Part shown: positions 12,651 through 25,400 of the stretch, piece after piece | How the letters are laid out: the number at the start of each line of letters is the position of its first letter | Numbering within the stretch: the first letter of the stretch is position 1 | Source: Felis catus | Lineage: Eukaryota | Assembly: GCF_018350175.1 (NCBI RefSeq) | Contig: NC_058368.1 | Coordinates: 11,842,001-11,906,000 of the forward strand | DNA length: 64,000 bases | Reading direction: 5' to 3' | Position numbers and translations under genes: made by a program | Notes under the pieces: generated by a model | Database searches by the model: none | What the model saw: only the letters and a program-made list of their open reading frames with translations | What the model was told of the DNA's origin: nothing

Positions 12651-13127
12651 ACTTATTTAGAGGAATAGTGAGAGAAATAATAGAGATGAGTTAGGTCATT
12701 ATTGTGGGAGCTTCTAATGCTAGGCTTAGGCATTGTTTTAAAATTAAAAGAAAAAAAAAGTATACAGTAACATCTGTAGCACCTTGAGTATCAAACAAAT
12801 AGTTTTTCAAGGATCTGCATAGGTTTGATGTGAGTTAGGTTTTGAATTTGATTGTGAATGGAAATGAGCCTAAATTGTAAGAAGGGCCTCTAACGTTTAG
12901 TCAGACTTTGGTATGTATTTTCATGTAGGGAGTTATTGCTTTAATGAGATGATGAGATCATTTAAGAGAACATTTAATTTTTTGAAAAGTTTGAGCATTT
13001 TTGTGTATAAGTTTTCATTTGGAGTTCATGAAAGTTTTTGTGGAATTGAGAGATGAGGAAAATCATGGGAAAATTGTCATGAATATATCTACCTGATAGT
13101 TTTAAAGCTGTCTGTGTTTTGTTTTAG

Positions 13128-13243
13128 AGCAATGATAATGAGGAACGCCTACAAGTTGTTAAACTACTGGCAAAAATGTTTGGGGCAAAGGATTCAGAAT
13201 TGGCTTCTCAAAACAAACCACTCTGGCAGTGTTACTTGGGCAG
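13128..13243 (+). CDS. PDS5B: PDS5B coding exon (~9), [11 protein letters not shown]...WQCYLG(R)
   Basis: gttttag acceptor, gtacat donor, 116 nt, phase 0/2. Confidence 0.96.
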
Positions 13244-13531
13244 GTACATGACTTTGGTGTCCTGTTTAAAAGTAATATATGTTTATATCTACTTTACATT
13301 ATTTTAAAACACCTGTATTTAATATTTTTCTGAACTATTAAAAATTAAAGGTTTTATATTTTGAGATTTTTTTTTAATATATGTTGAAATGTTTGAATGT
13401 TGGTAGTGATTGGCCATATTTACAGTTGCCCTTCTTTTCATCTTATTTTGCCCTTAATTTTTGAAAGATGATACATTAATTTTTTTACTTTTATTTTTTT
13501 TAAAGATAGTACGTTTATAAAGCTATCTCAA

Positions 13532-13715
13532 GGGGCACTTGGGTGGCTCCTGGGTTAAGCGTCTAACTTCAGCTCAGGTCATGATCTCAAGGTTTTTGGA
13601 TTCGAGTCCCGCATCATGCTCTATGCTGGCAGCTCAGAGCGTGGAGCCTGCTTCAGATTCTGTCTCCCTCTCTCTGCCCCCCCCTCCCAAAATAAATAAA
13701 TATTAAAAAATTTAA
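13532..13715 (+). mobile_element. Can-SINE
   Basis: Perfect 13-bp TSD aaagctatctcaa (13519-13531, 13716-13728). Confidence 0.94.
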
Positions 13716-15224
13716 AAAGCTATCTCAAAAGGTATTATAGTCATGAAATTAAAATGTGTTATTACATAGCAGTGATTCATTCCAACTGGAAATAAATCAT
13801 GAGACATTTGTAAAGACAAGGATATCCACAGAATGAAGAAATAAATGATATGCATGTTCTTCCTCCTAACCTCCATTGTACATTTCTCATTTAAAGAAAA
13901 TGATAACCTGAATTCCATGTATGCTTTTAATTTCCACAAACCTGAAATTGGTTGCAAAATTTTGAGTGTGTTTGTAGATTTCTCTTTTCTATGAGAAGAG
14001 TTCATTTCATTACATTTCTAAAAGTATCCCTGACCTTGAATATGTTAAAACCACCTCTCAAGTGCCCTGGCTGAAATGTACTTTGGCCCTGAAGTTAAAG
14101 GAGAACCCCTCCCACCCCCACCCCGTCCCCAAATTTTTCTCATAACAAATAATGCAATTAAGTCATAAATAGGATTTTAAAAGTCTTGTTCTTTTTTTTT
14201 TTTTGTATTGAAATATTTGTTATAACCACTTTTCTGTCCCCTCTTAATACTAAAACTGTCGATGATGATGATAAATTTAATCTCTTTTGGCCTTATTTTT
14301 CTAATTTTTTAAATGAGGTAGAAGGTTTTATAAATTCTTAAGTGCTAAATTCATAATGTGATTTCCTGCCTCTTATGTAGCTCAGTACTATTTCACAAGG
14401 TGCATTAAATAAATAAATTTTAGCCCATTGTAATTTTGAGTTTGATTTCTAGACTTTTTCCCCTTAAACAACAATGGAAAGTTCTTGGGTAGTAGAGCAA
14501 AATATTTTATACGTTTAATTATACCAGTCAACTTAAAGTCCACTTAATGTGGTAAAACAAAAATACAGTTTTTACTTACAGACATTTAATATATCTTTAA
14601 ATCAGGACTTGATTTACCCAGACTTTGTGAGATTTTAGAAGGGGAAAAAAATCTCGATTAAAATTTATGTCACATTTCCATTACATTGTAATTTTTTCTT
14701 TTAATTTTAATGGCCTAAAATTGAAACTCACTGATTCTTACCAAGTTTAAGGACCTAGACTATTTTTTTAAAGAGGTCTTATATTTATTTGTAATGGTTA
14801 AATAGCACATGTTTAATTGAAAAATGGTAAAGTACATAAGGATGGAGTACTTGGATTCAAAACACTCTGGAAACTTTACATGAGATCATAGACTGGATGT
14901 TAAAACTTTTTTGAGTGTACTTCATAGAACATTTTTTTTTCCTAATAATAAGCTTTTATGAATAACTTGGTGCTCATTTTGAAGACCTCTTTCCCACTCC
15001 CTTTAAAATACTGAATTTGTTTCTTACAGTATAGGGTGATACATGATTTGGAAACCTTTTGGTGATACAGAATTAAGACATATGAAAATACTGAGTGGAA
15101 AATTCTTGCTTTACTTTGATGTTCTTGTTGATACTAGACAAGATTTTTTAAGAAACATCACTGTTTTGCATTCCAGGATGAACCAATGCATATAGGCTTT
15201 CAACATCAATAGTTTAGAGATGAC

Positions 15225-15515
15225 TAGACATCACGTGCTTTATGATGGAGGAAGAGGATTCCATCTGTGAAATAGCCTTGCTAAAACAGTGAATCTGAAT
15301 ATTACTGGTGTCTAGATCTAACTGTCAGTTTATAAGATTTAGGAGAGAGGGGAGCCTATTAATTTAAGTCAGAAAAATGTAATGTAGCAAAATCTAAACT
15401 CTGGAAAAACACTACACACACAATCAAAAGCAGTTACTTCACCAAATAAATTATAAGGAAAAAAATTGATGGAGGAGAAATACAAGATCAAAAGATACTT
15501 AAGTGACATCAATAA
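15225..15515 (+). mobile_element. Old L1 (L1MC-like) 3'-end fragment
   Basis: tctagatctaactgtcagtttataag and aaaagatacttaagtgacat resemble an L1MC 3' UTR. Confidence 0.5.
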
Positions 15516-16119
15516 ATGAGTTTTAGTGTTTTAGAAATATATACTAAGATACTTCTTCATATAAAAATTGGCTTTAGTATTAGTGGAAATGTGATGGTTA
15601 ACTGGATAGGAGTAATTTGGGCTCAGGTTTTAGAGTCATGTAAAATAATATGGGGTTTAGTGCAAGGTCTGCCACACTTTTGTGAATGTTCTATATTTAA
15701 GAAGGGATACTTTGAGGAAAGGTTTTCTTTCCAGACACAGTTTAGGATTTATATAATGTATCTATGAACTATGTACACACACATGCATATATAAACAGGC
15801 ATATTTGAAAGTATAATACTTATAGGAAAAATCTTGTCCTTCTAAGTTTTGTGCTTGAGCCAAGCGTGTATTGTTTATACATGTTCCTTGAAAGTACATA
15901 GTTCAGGAGATTGTGCTGGTTTAATATCGACATTCCAAAGCATTCATAAATATATAGCATATCAAAACTTTGTTGAAAGAGTCTGACTTCCACTTTGAAT
16001 TACTCTACATAAATTGTTTTTTCTTTTAATTAGAGGAATAAATCTAAATTGAATACAGATTAAACACATACCTGCTTCTCTTATTTTAAAGATCATTCTG
16101 TGCCTTTATATTTTTTCAG

Positions 16120-16214
16120 GTTTAATGACATCCATGTACCAATCCGCCTGGAATGTGTCAAGTTTGCTAGTCACTGTCTCATGAACCATCCTGATTTAGC
16201 AAAGGACTTAACAG
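16120..16214 (+). CDS. PDS5B: PDS5B coding exon (~10), [11 protein letters not shown]...DLAKDLT(E)
   Basis: ttttttcag acceptor, gtacta donor, 95 nt, phase 2/1. Confidence 0.96.
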
Positions 16215-16279
16215 GTACTATATACCCACAATAGCCAATATTTCTAGATGCTTGTTGGTGAAAAAAATCAGTTTCATAT

Positions 16280-16287
16280 TTATATAT

Positions 16288-16336
<49 letters not shown>

Positions 16337-16381
16337 ACTGATATATATGTGTATATATATACATATATGTGTGTGTATATA

Positions 16382-16416
<35 letters not shown>

Positions 16417-16418
16417 AT
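16280..16418. repeat. Compound (TG)n/(TA)n microsatellite
   Basis: Seen directly, about 65 nt downstream of the exon ending at 16214. Confidence 0.95.
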
Positions 16419-16839
16419 AGGAAAAGTATCCCCCTTTTTGGTTATTGTGTTAAATAAAGACTTTATTTGGTAAAGTCTTCTTTCAGCTCATCATCATGGA
16501 AGTTACTCTCTGAAGCCAGAAGCTTGACTCCTTGTGCCGCCTTAGTCTAGAAGCACCTATAAAAAGTCAGTGTTACCAGAGACAGTACTAGTTCTTTAGT
16601 TTAAGAACAATTTTAAAGATATTCTAGGCATTTGGATTTGAACAGGTTTTGACTTTGATGTTCTTTACTATTCTTTAACATTTTAGAACTGAGTTGTGAG
16701 TCATTAATTTTTAAGCTTATTAAACTATGCTAAATGGAGGTAACTTTTCTGAAATCTGTATATTTATAAGGCAGTTTAGAACTTTGCATTTTTGTAGTAA
16801 TAAGAATATCATATATCTGACTATTGCTCTTTTATAAAA

Positions 16840-17019
16840 TTTTTTAAAGTTTCTTTATTTTCGAGGTGGGGGAGGGGCAGAGAGAGAAGGAGACAAAATC
16901 CCAAACAGGCCCTGTGCTTTCAGTGCAGAGACCCAATGTGGAGCTTGAACTCATGAACCACGAGATCATGTCCTGAGCTGAAGTCCAATCCTTAACTGAC
17001 TGAGCCACCCAGGTGCCCC
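16840..17019 (-). mobile_element. Can-SINE
   Basis: Ends gagccacccaggtgcccc. Confidence 0.9.
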
Positions 17020-17964
17020 AGTTTTTTTTAAATTAGGAAATAGTTCAGAAAATAACAGATGACTATGATAGCCACTATGTCTTTTTTAGAAATGTTAGCA
17101 TTTTTGCTGTATTTCCTTAAGAGATTAAAAAAAGAAAAGAAATTGTTGATGTAGTTGAAATGCCCCTCATAAATTGTATTCTTCCTGTTTGCAGAGGGTA
17201 GCCCACTCCACTAAATTTGGTCTGCATCCTGTTTGTTTTTCTATGTCACATGTGTCCATAAATTATATGCAGTATTGTTACGTGTTTTAAAAATCTTACT
17301 GAATTTGATGGTGTTGAACTTATTTTATATTTTTTATTTTCCATGCTTCTTGTTTTGTTTTCCTGTTTCCCTCTTTTCTGCTTAATTGATTAATTTTCTT
17401 TGTTCTCATTTTTCCTTTTCCCCCTGTGGGCTTGGAAGTTAACATTCTCTTTTGTGCTTTCACTACATAATTGATTAGTGAAGTCTAAAGTCAGAACTCT
17501 CACTTCTTTCTGAGCAATCAAGGAACCTTGAAAGTTTTTACTGCACACTCTCTTCCTATCTTTCATATTATTGTTACTTTCTCTTTTTAAAACTTTACTA
17601 ACTTGTACATTTTTAACTGATTTTTTTAATAGTCTTTGCTTATGCTTCTTAAATCTTACTACTTCCTTCTGAGTTTCTTTTGATAAAGAAAATGATAAAG
17701 TGTATTATTAGTTCATAATATTTTTAACAATAATTTGTCATAGTCATGCTTTCAGGTTTTGCTGAATTTCTACCGGTCAGATTTAAACAGCAAATATTTC
17801 TCATTTTCATCCTTTTTGGGGGAGATGCCCTGCCTTGAACCCTCTGTTTACCCACTCACTTCTGAATTTGGACTGATTGTTCTTTAAGCTTCTGCTTTGT
17901 AGTATTGATCTTTAGATGATCCTTTCTTCCTCTCACTTTTGTCTTTTCCCTCTCTTTCATCCTT

Positions 17965-18157
17965 CCTTTTCCTTTTCCTTTTCCTTTTCCTTTTCCTTTT
18001 CCTTTTCCTTTTCCTTTTCCTTTTCCTTTTCCTTTTCCTTTTCCTTTTCCTTTTCCTTTTCCTTTTCCTTTTCCTTTTCCTTTTCCTTTTCCTTTTCCTT
18101 ACCTTCTGTGTGTGTGTGTGTGTGTGTGTGTGTCTGTCTGTCTGTCTGTCTGTCTGT
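17965..18157. repeat. (CCTTTT)22 followed by (TG)n and (TCTG)n
   Basis: Counted directly; it produces the spurious KRKR/FSFS/FLFL ORFs. Confidence 0.97.
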
Positions 18158-18639
18158 GTCTGTTTCTTCTTTCTCTTTTTCCCTGGACGTTTCTTTTGCT
18201 GTAGCATTTTGTTCTTCTGTTCTTATGTTATGGATGTAAGATTCTTTGAGAAAATTAATGATAATATTTTGGGGAATTTTTTTTCCTACAAAATGTTTGT
18301 TTTAGCTAATTTGTTTTTCCCACCTTTTATTTGCTTTTGTTTATACTCTCCCGTGTTTAGAGGCTTTCCTCAAATGCTTGGCAATATGTGGCTCTCTGCT
18401 CATAATTAAGAGTGTGGGACTAAATAAAGAGCTATTTGGAAAGCCCTGAATGTATACATGGTATTGGTGACTCTGAACTTAACTTTAGGGTGATTGCAAT
18501 GGGTTGTTTGTTGGAAAATCTTCAGTTTAAGTACTTGCTCTTCAACTAAACTGATCTCCCACTGAAGAGTATCCTGTGAGAAGTTTGAAAGTCTAGCTGT
18601 TAGTGTCTTCGGGACTCCTTTATTTTTACTTTATTCTTT

Positions 18640-19160
18640 TTTATTATTGAGTGCTATTCTGTTGTATAAATACACAATAATTTATTTATCTTTTTTTTTG
18701 TTTGATGGACTTTTTGATTTAGGGCTGTTAATACTGAAATTACTGTATTCTTAACAAGTGTTTCTATGGGTTTATGTTTTTATTTCTCTTTAACTACTTA
18801 AGAGTGAAATTGCTGGTCGTAGGGTAAATACGTGTTTAATTTTATAAGAAATGAGTAAGTTTTCCATATTAGCTCTACTGTTTTCCAGTTGCACTGATAA
18901 ATGCTTGAGAGTTTTATTTCTTAAGCATTTTTGTCAACATTGTGTGTCATCAGTCATTTTGATTATAGTCCTTCTCATCACTCTTGCTGTTTGTTGTGGT
19001 TTGAACTTGCAGTCTCCTGATGACTGATGAGATCAAGCATCTTTTTTATGGGCATATTGATATTTTCTTTTATGAAGTGTCTAAGTTTTAAATCCATCTT
19101 TTTAAAATTGGCTTGTATTTCTAATTGAGTTGTAGTAGTTCTGTATATATTCTAGACTTA
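18640..19160 (-). mobile_element. Old L1 (L1M-type) ORF2 3'-end relic
   Basis: agagtgaaattgctggtc, gtctcctgatgactgatgagatcaagcatctttt and tatattctaga are reverse L1 motifs. Confidence 0.65.
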
Positions 19161-19204
19161 AAAAAAAAAGTATTTTTCCTGTAGTCTGAATTTGTTTTTT
19201 CCTA

Positions 19205-19365
19205 TTACCAGTGTATTATAAAAGGATACAGGAACAGTCAAATGAAAGAGATGCATAGGGCAAGGTGCGGTGAGGGTGGTTGGGTGCCTTCTCTGGTCTT
19301 ATCACTCTCCTAGCACCTCCAAATGTTCACCAAACTGGAAGCTCTCTGAACCCCATTGTTTAGGC
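19205..19365. mobile_element. ERV LTR fragment (MER21/CarLTR-like)
   Basis: ttaccagtgtattataaaaggataca...gagatgcatagggcaagg...ggaagctctctgaacccc resembles recalled LTR consensus. Confidence 0.6.
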
Positions 19366-19366
19366 T

Positions 19367-21675
19367 TTTGTTTTGTTTTATTTTGTTTTTTATTCTCAAG
19401 GTAGCTAACATACAGTGTAGTCTTGGCTTCAGGAGTAGATTCCTGTGATTTACCACTTAGATGCAATATCCAGTACTTATCCCAGCGAGTGCCCGCCTCA
19501 ATACCCAGCACCCATTTTCTGCACCCCCATAACTCCCCATCCCCATCAACCCTCAGTTCTCTGTACTTAAGAGTTTGCCTCCCTCTTTGTTTTCATATTA
19601 TTTTTGCTTCCCTTCTCTTAGGAGCATCTGTTTTGTATCTTCCACATGAGTGAAATCATATGATATTTGTCTTTCTTTGACTGACTTATTTCGCTTAGCC
19701 TAACACCCTACCCTTGTAGGGTAAGTCCTGTTTGTCCCTAGCTGTGTTCAGAATTGTCTCTTTATTTTGTATTTTGCCAGTTTCACTATCATATGTGAAG
19801 TGTTGACCTGCTTTGTTGATTTTGAAGGAAGTTCTCTGTGCCTCTTGGACTTGGATGCCTGTTTCCTTCCCCAGGTTAGGGAAGTTCTCAGCTATAATTT
19901 GTTCAAATAAACTGTCTGCCCCTTTCTGTTCTTCCTCTGGAACTCCTGTGACACAAATATTTCATTTCATCTTCTGGAACTCTTGTGACACAAATAATAT
20001 TTCGTTTCACTGAATCACTTAGGTCTCTAATTCTCTCATGGTCTAGTAATTTCCTTTCCCTCTTTTTTTCAGCTTCATCATTTTCCATAATTTCATCTTC
20101 TGTTTCACCTATGCTCTCCTCTGCGTCTTCTGTCCTCACTGTCACTGTATCTAGTTTATTTTAACATTTCATTTATAGCATTTCTTAATTCATTGAAATT
20201 ATTCCTTAGGTCTTTGATCTCTGCAGCAATATATTCTCTACTGTCTTTTATGCTTTTTTTTCTAAGCCCAGCTATTAGTCTTATGACTCTAATTCTAAAT
20301 TTTTGCTCAGCTATATTGTTTGTATCTGTTTTGAGCAATTCTCTCACTGGCTGTCATTTCTTCCTGGATTTTCTTTTGAGGAGAATTCGTCTGTTTCGTA
20401 ATTTGGGCTAGGTTTCTGTCTTTTATGTATTTGAATAGCTTTTCATGTGTTCTGCACCTGTGAGTACTACTATGTTAAAAAGGGGTCGTACACTATCCAG
20501 GGCCTGGCACTTCAGGAAGTGTTTTTGCAGTGTGTTGCGTGCTCTGTTTTCGTGTATTTGGCTGCTTTCACTGGTCAGTCCTCTACAAAGCTTCTCCTTG
20601 CTCCTGGTGGTGGATTGTTTGGACCTTCCACCAGGTGTGCTTTGATCCTTGAAGTAACCCTGGAAAAAAGGAAGGGGTGGGGAACAAAACCACAGGACAA
20701 TTGTTTGTTGCTGCCTGGGACCGGTGGCTGTGCTCTTGTGGTGGAGAGGCCGTCTGGTTCACTCAGTGTCAGTCCTGCTCCAGTAGATAAGCAGTTGCCA
20801 GCCATGGAGGGGTGGGGTTTGTTATAAGGGGGTCCTGCCTCCACTGGGAACCACTGTCCTGAAGTCCCACCATGTTGGTGATGGGGAGAAAAATGGTAAT
20901 ACCCCAGTCTCTTCCCCGGACCGGGTGTCTCAAACCATACTGTTCAGGCAGAAATAGCGCTGCCAGTAGGCTTACTGCTCCACAGTCTCCCGTGTCTCCT
21001 AGGTGTTGGGCTGGGGTTCAAAACTTGATGTCTTAAGGTGCCCTGCACCTCGCAGATTCTGCCCTGGTGTAGTGCCACTGAGCCCTGCCAATAAAGGGCC
21101 CTGGACAGGCACCTCCAGGGTCTTTTGTCCTTGGGGAGGAACTAAACCCTCTTCCCAAAGTTCTCTGGGAAGTGGACTGTTCTTTGCCAGTGTGGTGCTC
21201 AGATCTCTACTGCACCCCAAGGCTGGCTCCCTGCCTGCCAGCCACGCTTACAAGGCTCACTGTGGTCTGGAAAAAGCCGTGCACTTTTGAAAACTCCAAT
21301 CTTCAGCTCCTGAAGCTGTTTGCAAAGTAGAAATTGGCACTCTCCGTATTTCTTGTTCCCCAGTCCATGGTCTAGAGATGTTTTTCTCTTGTACTAACAC
21401 AATACTGCAATTCCACAGCCTCTCTGTCTCTCTCTTCCTTCTGTCCTTTCACTGAAGGGATTCACTCCCCTCTGTGCCTGCGCTGTTTTATCTCCCCCAA
21501 TTTGTATACATGCACCCCTGTCCCTCCAAGCTGTTTCCTGTCACCTGTGGAGACCTTTCTGTTACTCCACAGACTGATTTCTTGGGTGTTACGAGTGATC
21601 TGACCTCAATAAGCTGTGTCTGAGGGAAGAGGGAAATCCTGGTCCCCCTACTTCTCTGCCATCTTCAATCTTCCT
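19367..21675 (-). mobile_element. Carnivore L1 with 5' UTR and N-terminal ORF1 joined directly to the 3' end (large internal deletion)
   Basis: Tail and 3' end 19367-19709; ORF1 coiled-coil fragments (ORFs 19903-20145, 20156-20347); GC-richer 5' UTR about 20410-21675 with gccatctt (reverse AAGATGGC) at 21658-21665. Confidence 0.88.
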
Positions 21676-21680
21676 CAGAA

Positions 21681-21877
21681 TTTTTAAAAAATGTTTATTT
21701 CTTTAAAATTTTTGAAAGAACACGTGTGTAGGTTTGGGGCTGAGAGGGAGACAGGATCTGAAGTGGGCTCTCAGCAGACAGCAGAGAGCTCGATGGGGTG
21801 TTTGAACTTAAGAACTTTGAGACGATGACCTGAGCCGAAGTCAGATGCTTTAACCAACTGGCCCACCCAGACGCCCC
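21681..21877 (-). mobile_element. Can-SINE abutting the L1 5' end
   Basis: gacctgagccgaagtcagatgc...cccacccagacgcccc. Confidence 0.88.
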
Positions 21878-22144
21878 ATCCCATAGTCAGAATTTCAATG
21901 CAAAATTTACTGTTAGCTAAATAATAGATGTTTTCAGTTTTTATAGCTATTTAAAATATATTTTATATGTGAAAAATTTCACCAGTAACCTTTTTAGTCT
22001 TCACCATTGTTTGAATGTTTGAAAGTTTACCAAAAGATACTATGTAGTTTCATTTTTTTTTTTGTAGTTTCATTTTTTAATAAAACATTTATGTTACTGT
22101 GTTGTATGATTTCCTAGTTTTCAGACTCTGGGTGCATTTTAATT

Positions 22145-22414
22145 ATTTTTTTTAATTCCCATCACCTGTTTCACCCATCCCCCCCCTCCCCCCACCTCTC
22201 TTCTGGTAACCATCAGTTCTCTATAGTTGAGTGTGTTTCTTGATTTGTCTCTTTTTTTTTTTTTCCCCTTTGCTGATTTGTTTCTTAAATGCCACATATA
22301 GGTGAGATCATACAATACTTGTCTTTCTCTGACTGATTTCACTTAGCATTACATTCTGTAGCTTTATCCATGTTGTTGCAAATTTCATTCTTCCTTATGG
22401 CTGAATAATATTCC

Positions 22415-22465
<51 letters not shown>

Positions 22466-25400
22466 ATTTATGTATATGTATCTGTATACCACCTTTTATT
22501 TATCCATTCATTTATCACTGAACACTTGGGCTTTCTCCATAATTTGGCTATTGTAAATAACGTTGCAGTATACATAGGGCTGCATGTATCCCTTTGAATT
22601 AGTGCTTTTGTATTCTTTGGGTAAGTTCCCAGTAGTGTAATTGCTGGGTCGTAGGGTAGTTCTATTTTTAATTTTTTGGGGAAACTCCATACTGTTTTCC
22701 ATAGTGGCTACACCAGTTTGCATTCCCACCAACAGTGCCAGAGTGTTGACCTTTCTCCACATCCTTGCCAACATTTGTTGTTTCTTGTTCATTTTGGCCA
22801 TTCTGACAGGTGTGATACGATCTCTCATTGTAGTTTTGAATTGCATTTCCCTAATGATGAGTGATGAGGAGAATCTTGTCATGTGTCTGTTGGCCATTTG
22901 TTTGTCTTCTTTGGAAAAATGTCTGTTCATGTGTCCTGTCCATTATTTAATTGGATTGTTTGTTTTTTATAGTGTTGAGTTATATCAGTTCTTTCTGTAT
23001 TTTGGATACTAACCCTTTATCACATATATCATTTGCCAATATCTTCTCCCATTCCATATGCTGTCTTTTAGTTTTTTTGGTGGTTTTCTTTGCTGCACAG
23101 AAGCTTTTAATTTTGATGTAGTCCCAATAGTTTATTTTTCCTTTTGTTTCCCTTGCCTCAGGAGACATATCTAGAAAACTGTTGTTATGGCCAATGTCAG
23201 AGAAATTACTACCTGTGCTCTCTTCAAGGACTTACATGGTTTCAGGTCTCACATTTAGATCTTTAGTCCATTTTGAGTTTATTTTTGTGTATGGTGAAAG
23301 AAAGTAGTCCAGATACATTCTTTTGCATGTACTGTCCAGTTTTCCCAGCACCATTTGTTGCACAGACATTTTTCTATTGTATATTCATTCCTTCTTTGTT
23401 GAAGATTAATTGACCATATAATTGTGGGTTTATTTCTGGGTTTTCTGTTCCGTTGATCTGTATGTTTATTTTTATGCCAGTACCATACTGTTTTAATTAC
23501 TACTGCTTTGTAATATAACTTGAAATCCTGAATTATGATACCTCCAGCTTTGTTTTTATTTTTCAAGATTGCTTTGGCTATTTGAGGTCTTTTGTGGTTT
23601 CATGCACATTTTAGGATTGTTTGTTCTAGTTCTGTGAAAAATGCTGTTGATATTTTGATAGGTATTGCATTAAATCTGTACATTTCTTTGGGTAGTATAG
23701 ACATTTTAACAATATTAGTTCTTTTAACCATGAGCATGGAATGTCTTCCCATTTTTATGTGTTGTCCTGAATTTCTTTCATCAGTGTTTTATTTATTTAT
23801 TTATTTAATTTTTTAGAGAGAATGAGAGAGCGCACACCCATGTGAGTGGGGGAGAGGAGTAGAGGGGGAGAGAGAGAATCCCAGGCAGGCCTCACACTCA
23901 GCACAGAGCCTGATGAGGGGCTTGATCCCACGACCCTGGGATCATGACCTGAGCTTAAATCAAGAAATGGATGCTCAGTTGACTGAGCCACCAAGGTGCC
24001 CCAGTGTTTATAGCTTTGAGAGTACGGGTCTTTGATCTCTTTGGTTAAGTTTATTCCTAGATAATTTATTGTTTTTGGTGGAATTGTAAATGCAATTGTT
24101 TTATTTCATTTTATGCTGCTTCATTATTAGTGTACAGTAATGCTACTAGATTTCTGTACAATGATTTTGTATCCTGTGTCTTTACTAAATTCATTGATCA
24201 GGTCTGGTAGTTTTTTGGTAGAGTCTTCAGAGTTTTCTATGTATAGTATTGTATCTTCAGATAGTAAATGTTTTACTTTTTTCTTATCCTTTTGGATGCC
24301 TTTTATTTCTTTATGTTGTCTAATTGCTTTGGCAAGGACTTTCAGTACTATATTGAATAAAAGTGAAAGTGGACATCTTAGTCTTGTTCCTGACTTTAGG
24401 GGTAAAACTCAGTTTTTACCATGGAGTATGATGTTGGCTGTGGGTTTTTCATATAAGGGCTTTACCATATTGTGGTATGTTCCTTCTAGACCTACTTTGT
24501 AGAGGATTTTTATCATAAATGCATGTTGTACTTTGTTGAGTGCTTTTTTTCTGTATCTATTGAAATGATTATATGGTTTTTATCCTTTTTCCTATTGATG
24601 TGATATATCAGGTTGATTGTTTTGTGAATATTGACCCACCCTTGTATCCCAAGAATAAATCCCACTTAATTGTGGGGTATGATTTTTTTTAATACATGGT
24701 TGGATTCAGTTTGCTAATATTTTGTTGAGGATTTTTGCATCTATATTCATTAGAGACACGGGCCCGTAGTTCCTTTTTTTGTGGTATCTTTATCTGGTTT
24801 TGATATCAGGGTGGTACTGGCCTTATAGGATGAATTTGGAAATTGTCCTTCCTCTTCTGGTTTTTTTTTTTTTTTGTTTTATTTTGTTTTTGTTTTTGTT
24901 TTTGTTTTTGAAATAGTTTTTTTTTTTTGAAATAGTTTTTTTGAAATAGAAGAAAAGGTATTAACTCTTCTTTAAATGTTTGGTAGAATTTGTAAAGCTG
25001 TTTGGTCCTGGACTTTTGTTTTTTGGGAATTTTTTTGATTACTGATTCAATTTCATTGCTGTTGATTGGTCTGTTCAAATTGTCTGTTTCTTCCGGCTTC
25101 AGTTTTGGTAGGTTAGATTTTTGCAGGAATTTATCCATTTCTTCTAAGTTGTCTAGTTTGTTGGCATATGGATTTTCATAATATTCTGGTACAATTGTTA
25201 AGAATTGTATTGTTATTGGTTGTTGGTTGTTATTTCTCCTCTTTCATTAATGATTTTATTTATTTGGGTCCTCTCTTTTTTCTTTTCTTTTTTTTGGTGT
25301 GTGTGTGGGGAGTCTGGCTTAGAGGTTTTTATCAATTTTGATCATCTCAAAGAACCAGATCTTGGTTTCATTGATCTGTCCTATTTTTGTTGTTCTTGTT

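Noticed and set aside
17884..18409. ORFs with poly-KR, poly-FS and poly-FL
   Set aside because: These are translations of the (CCTTTT)n and (TG)n microsatellites.
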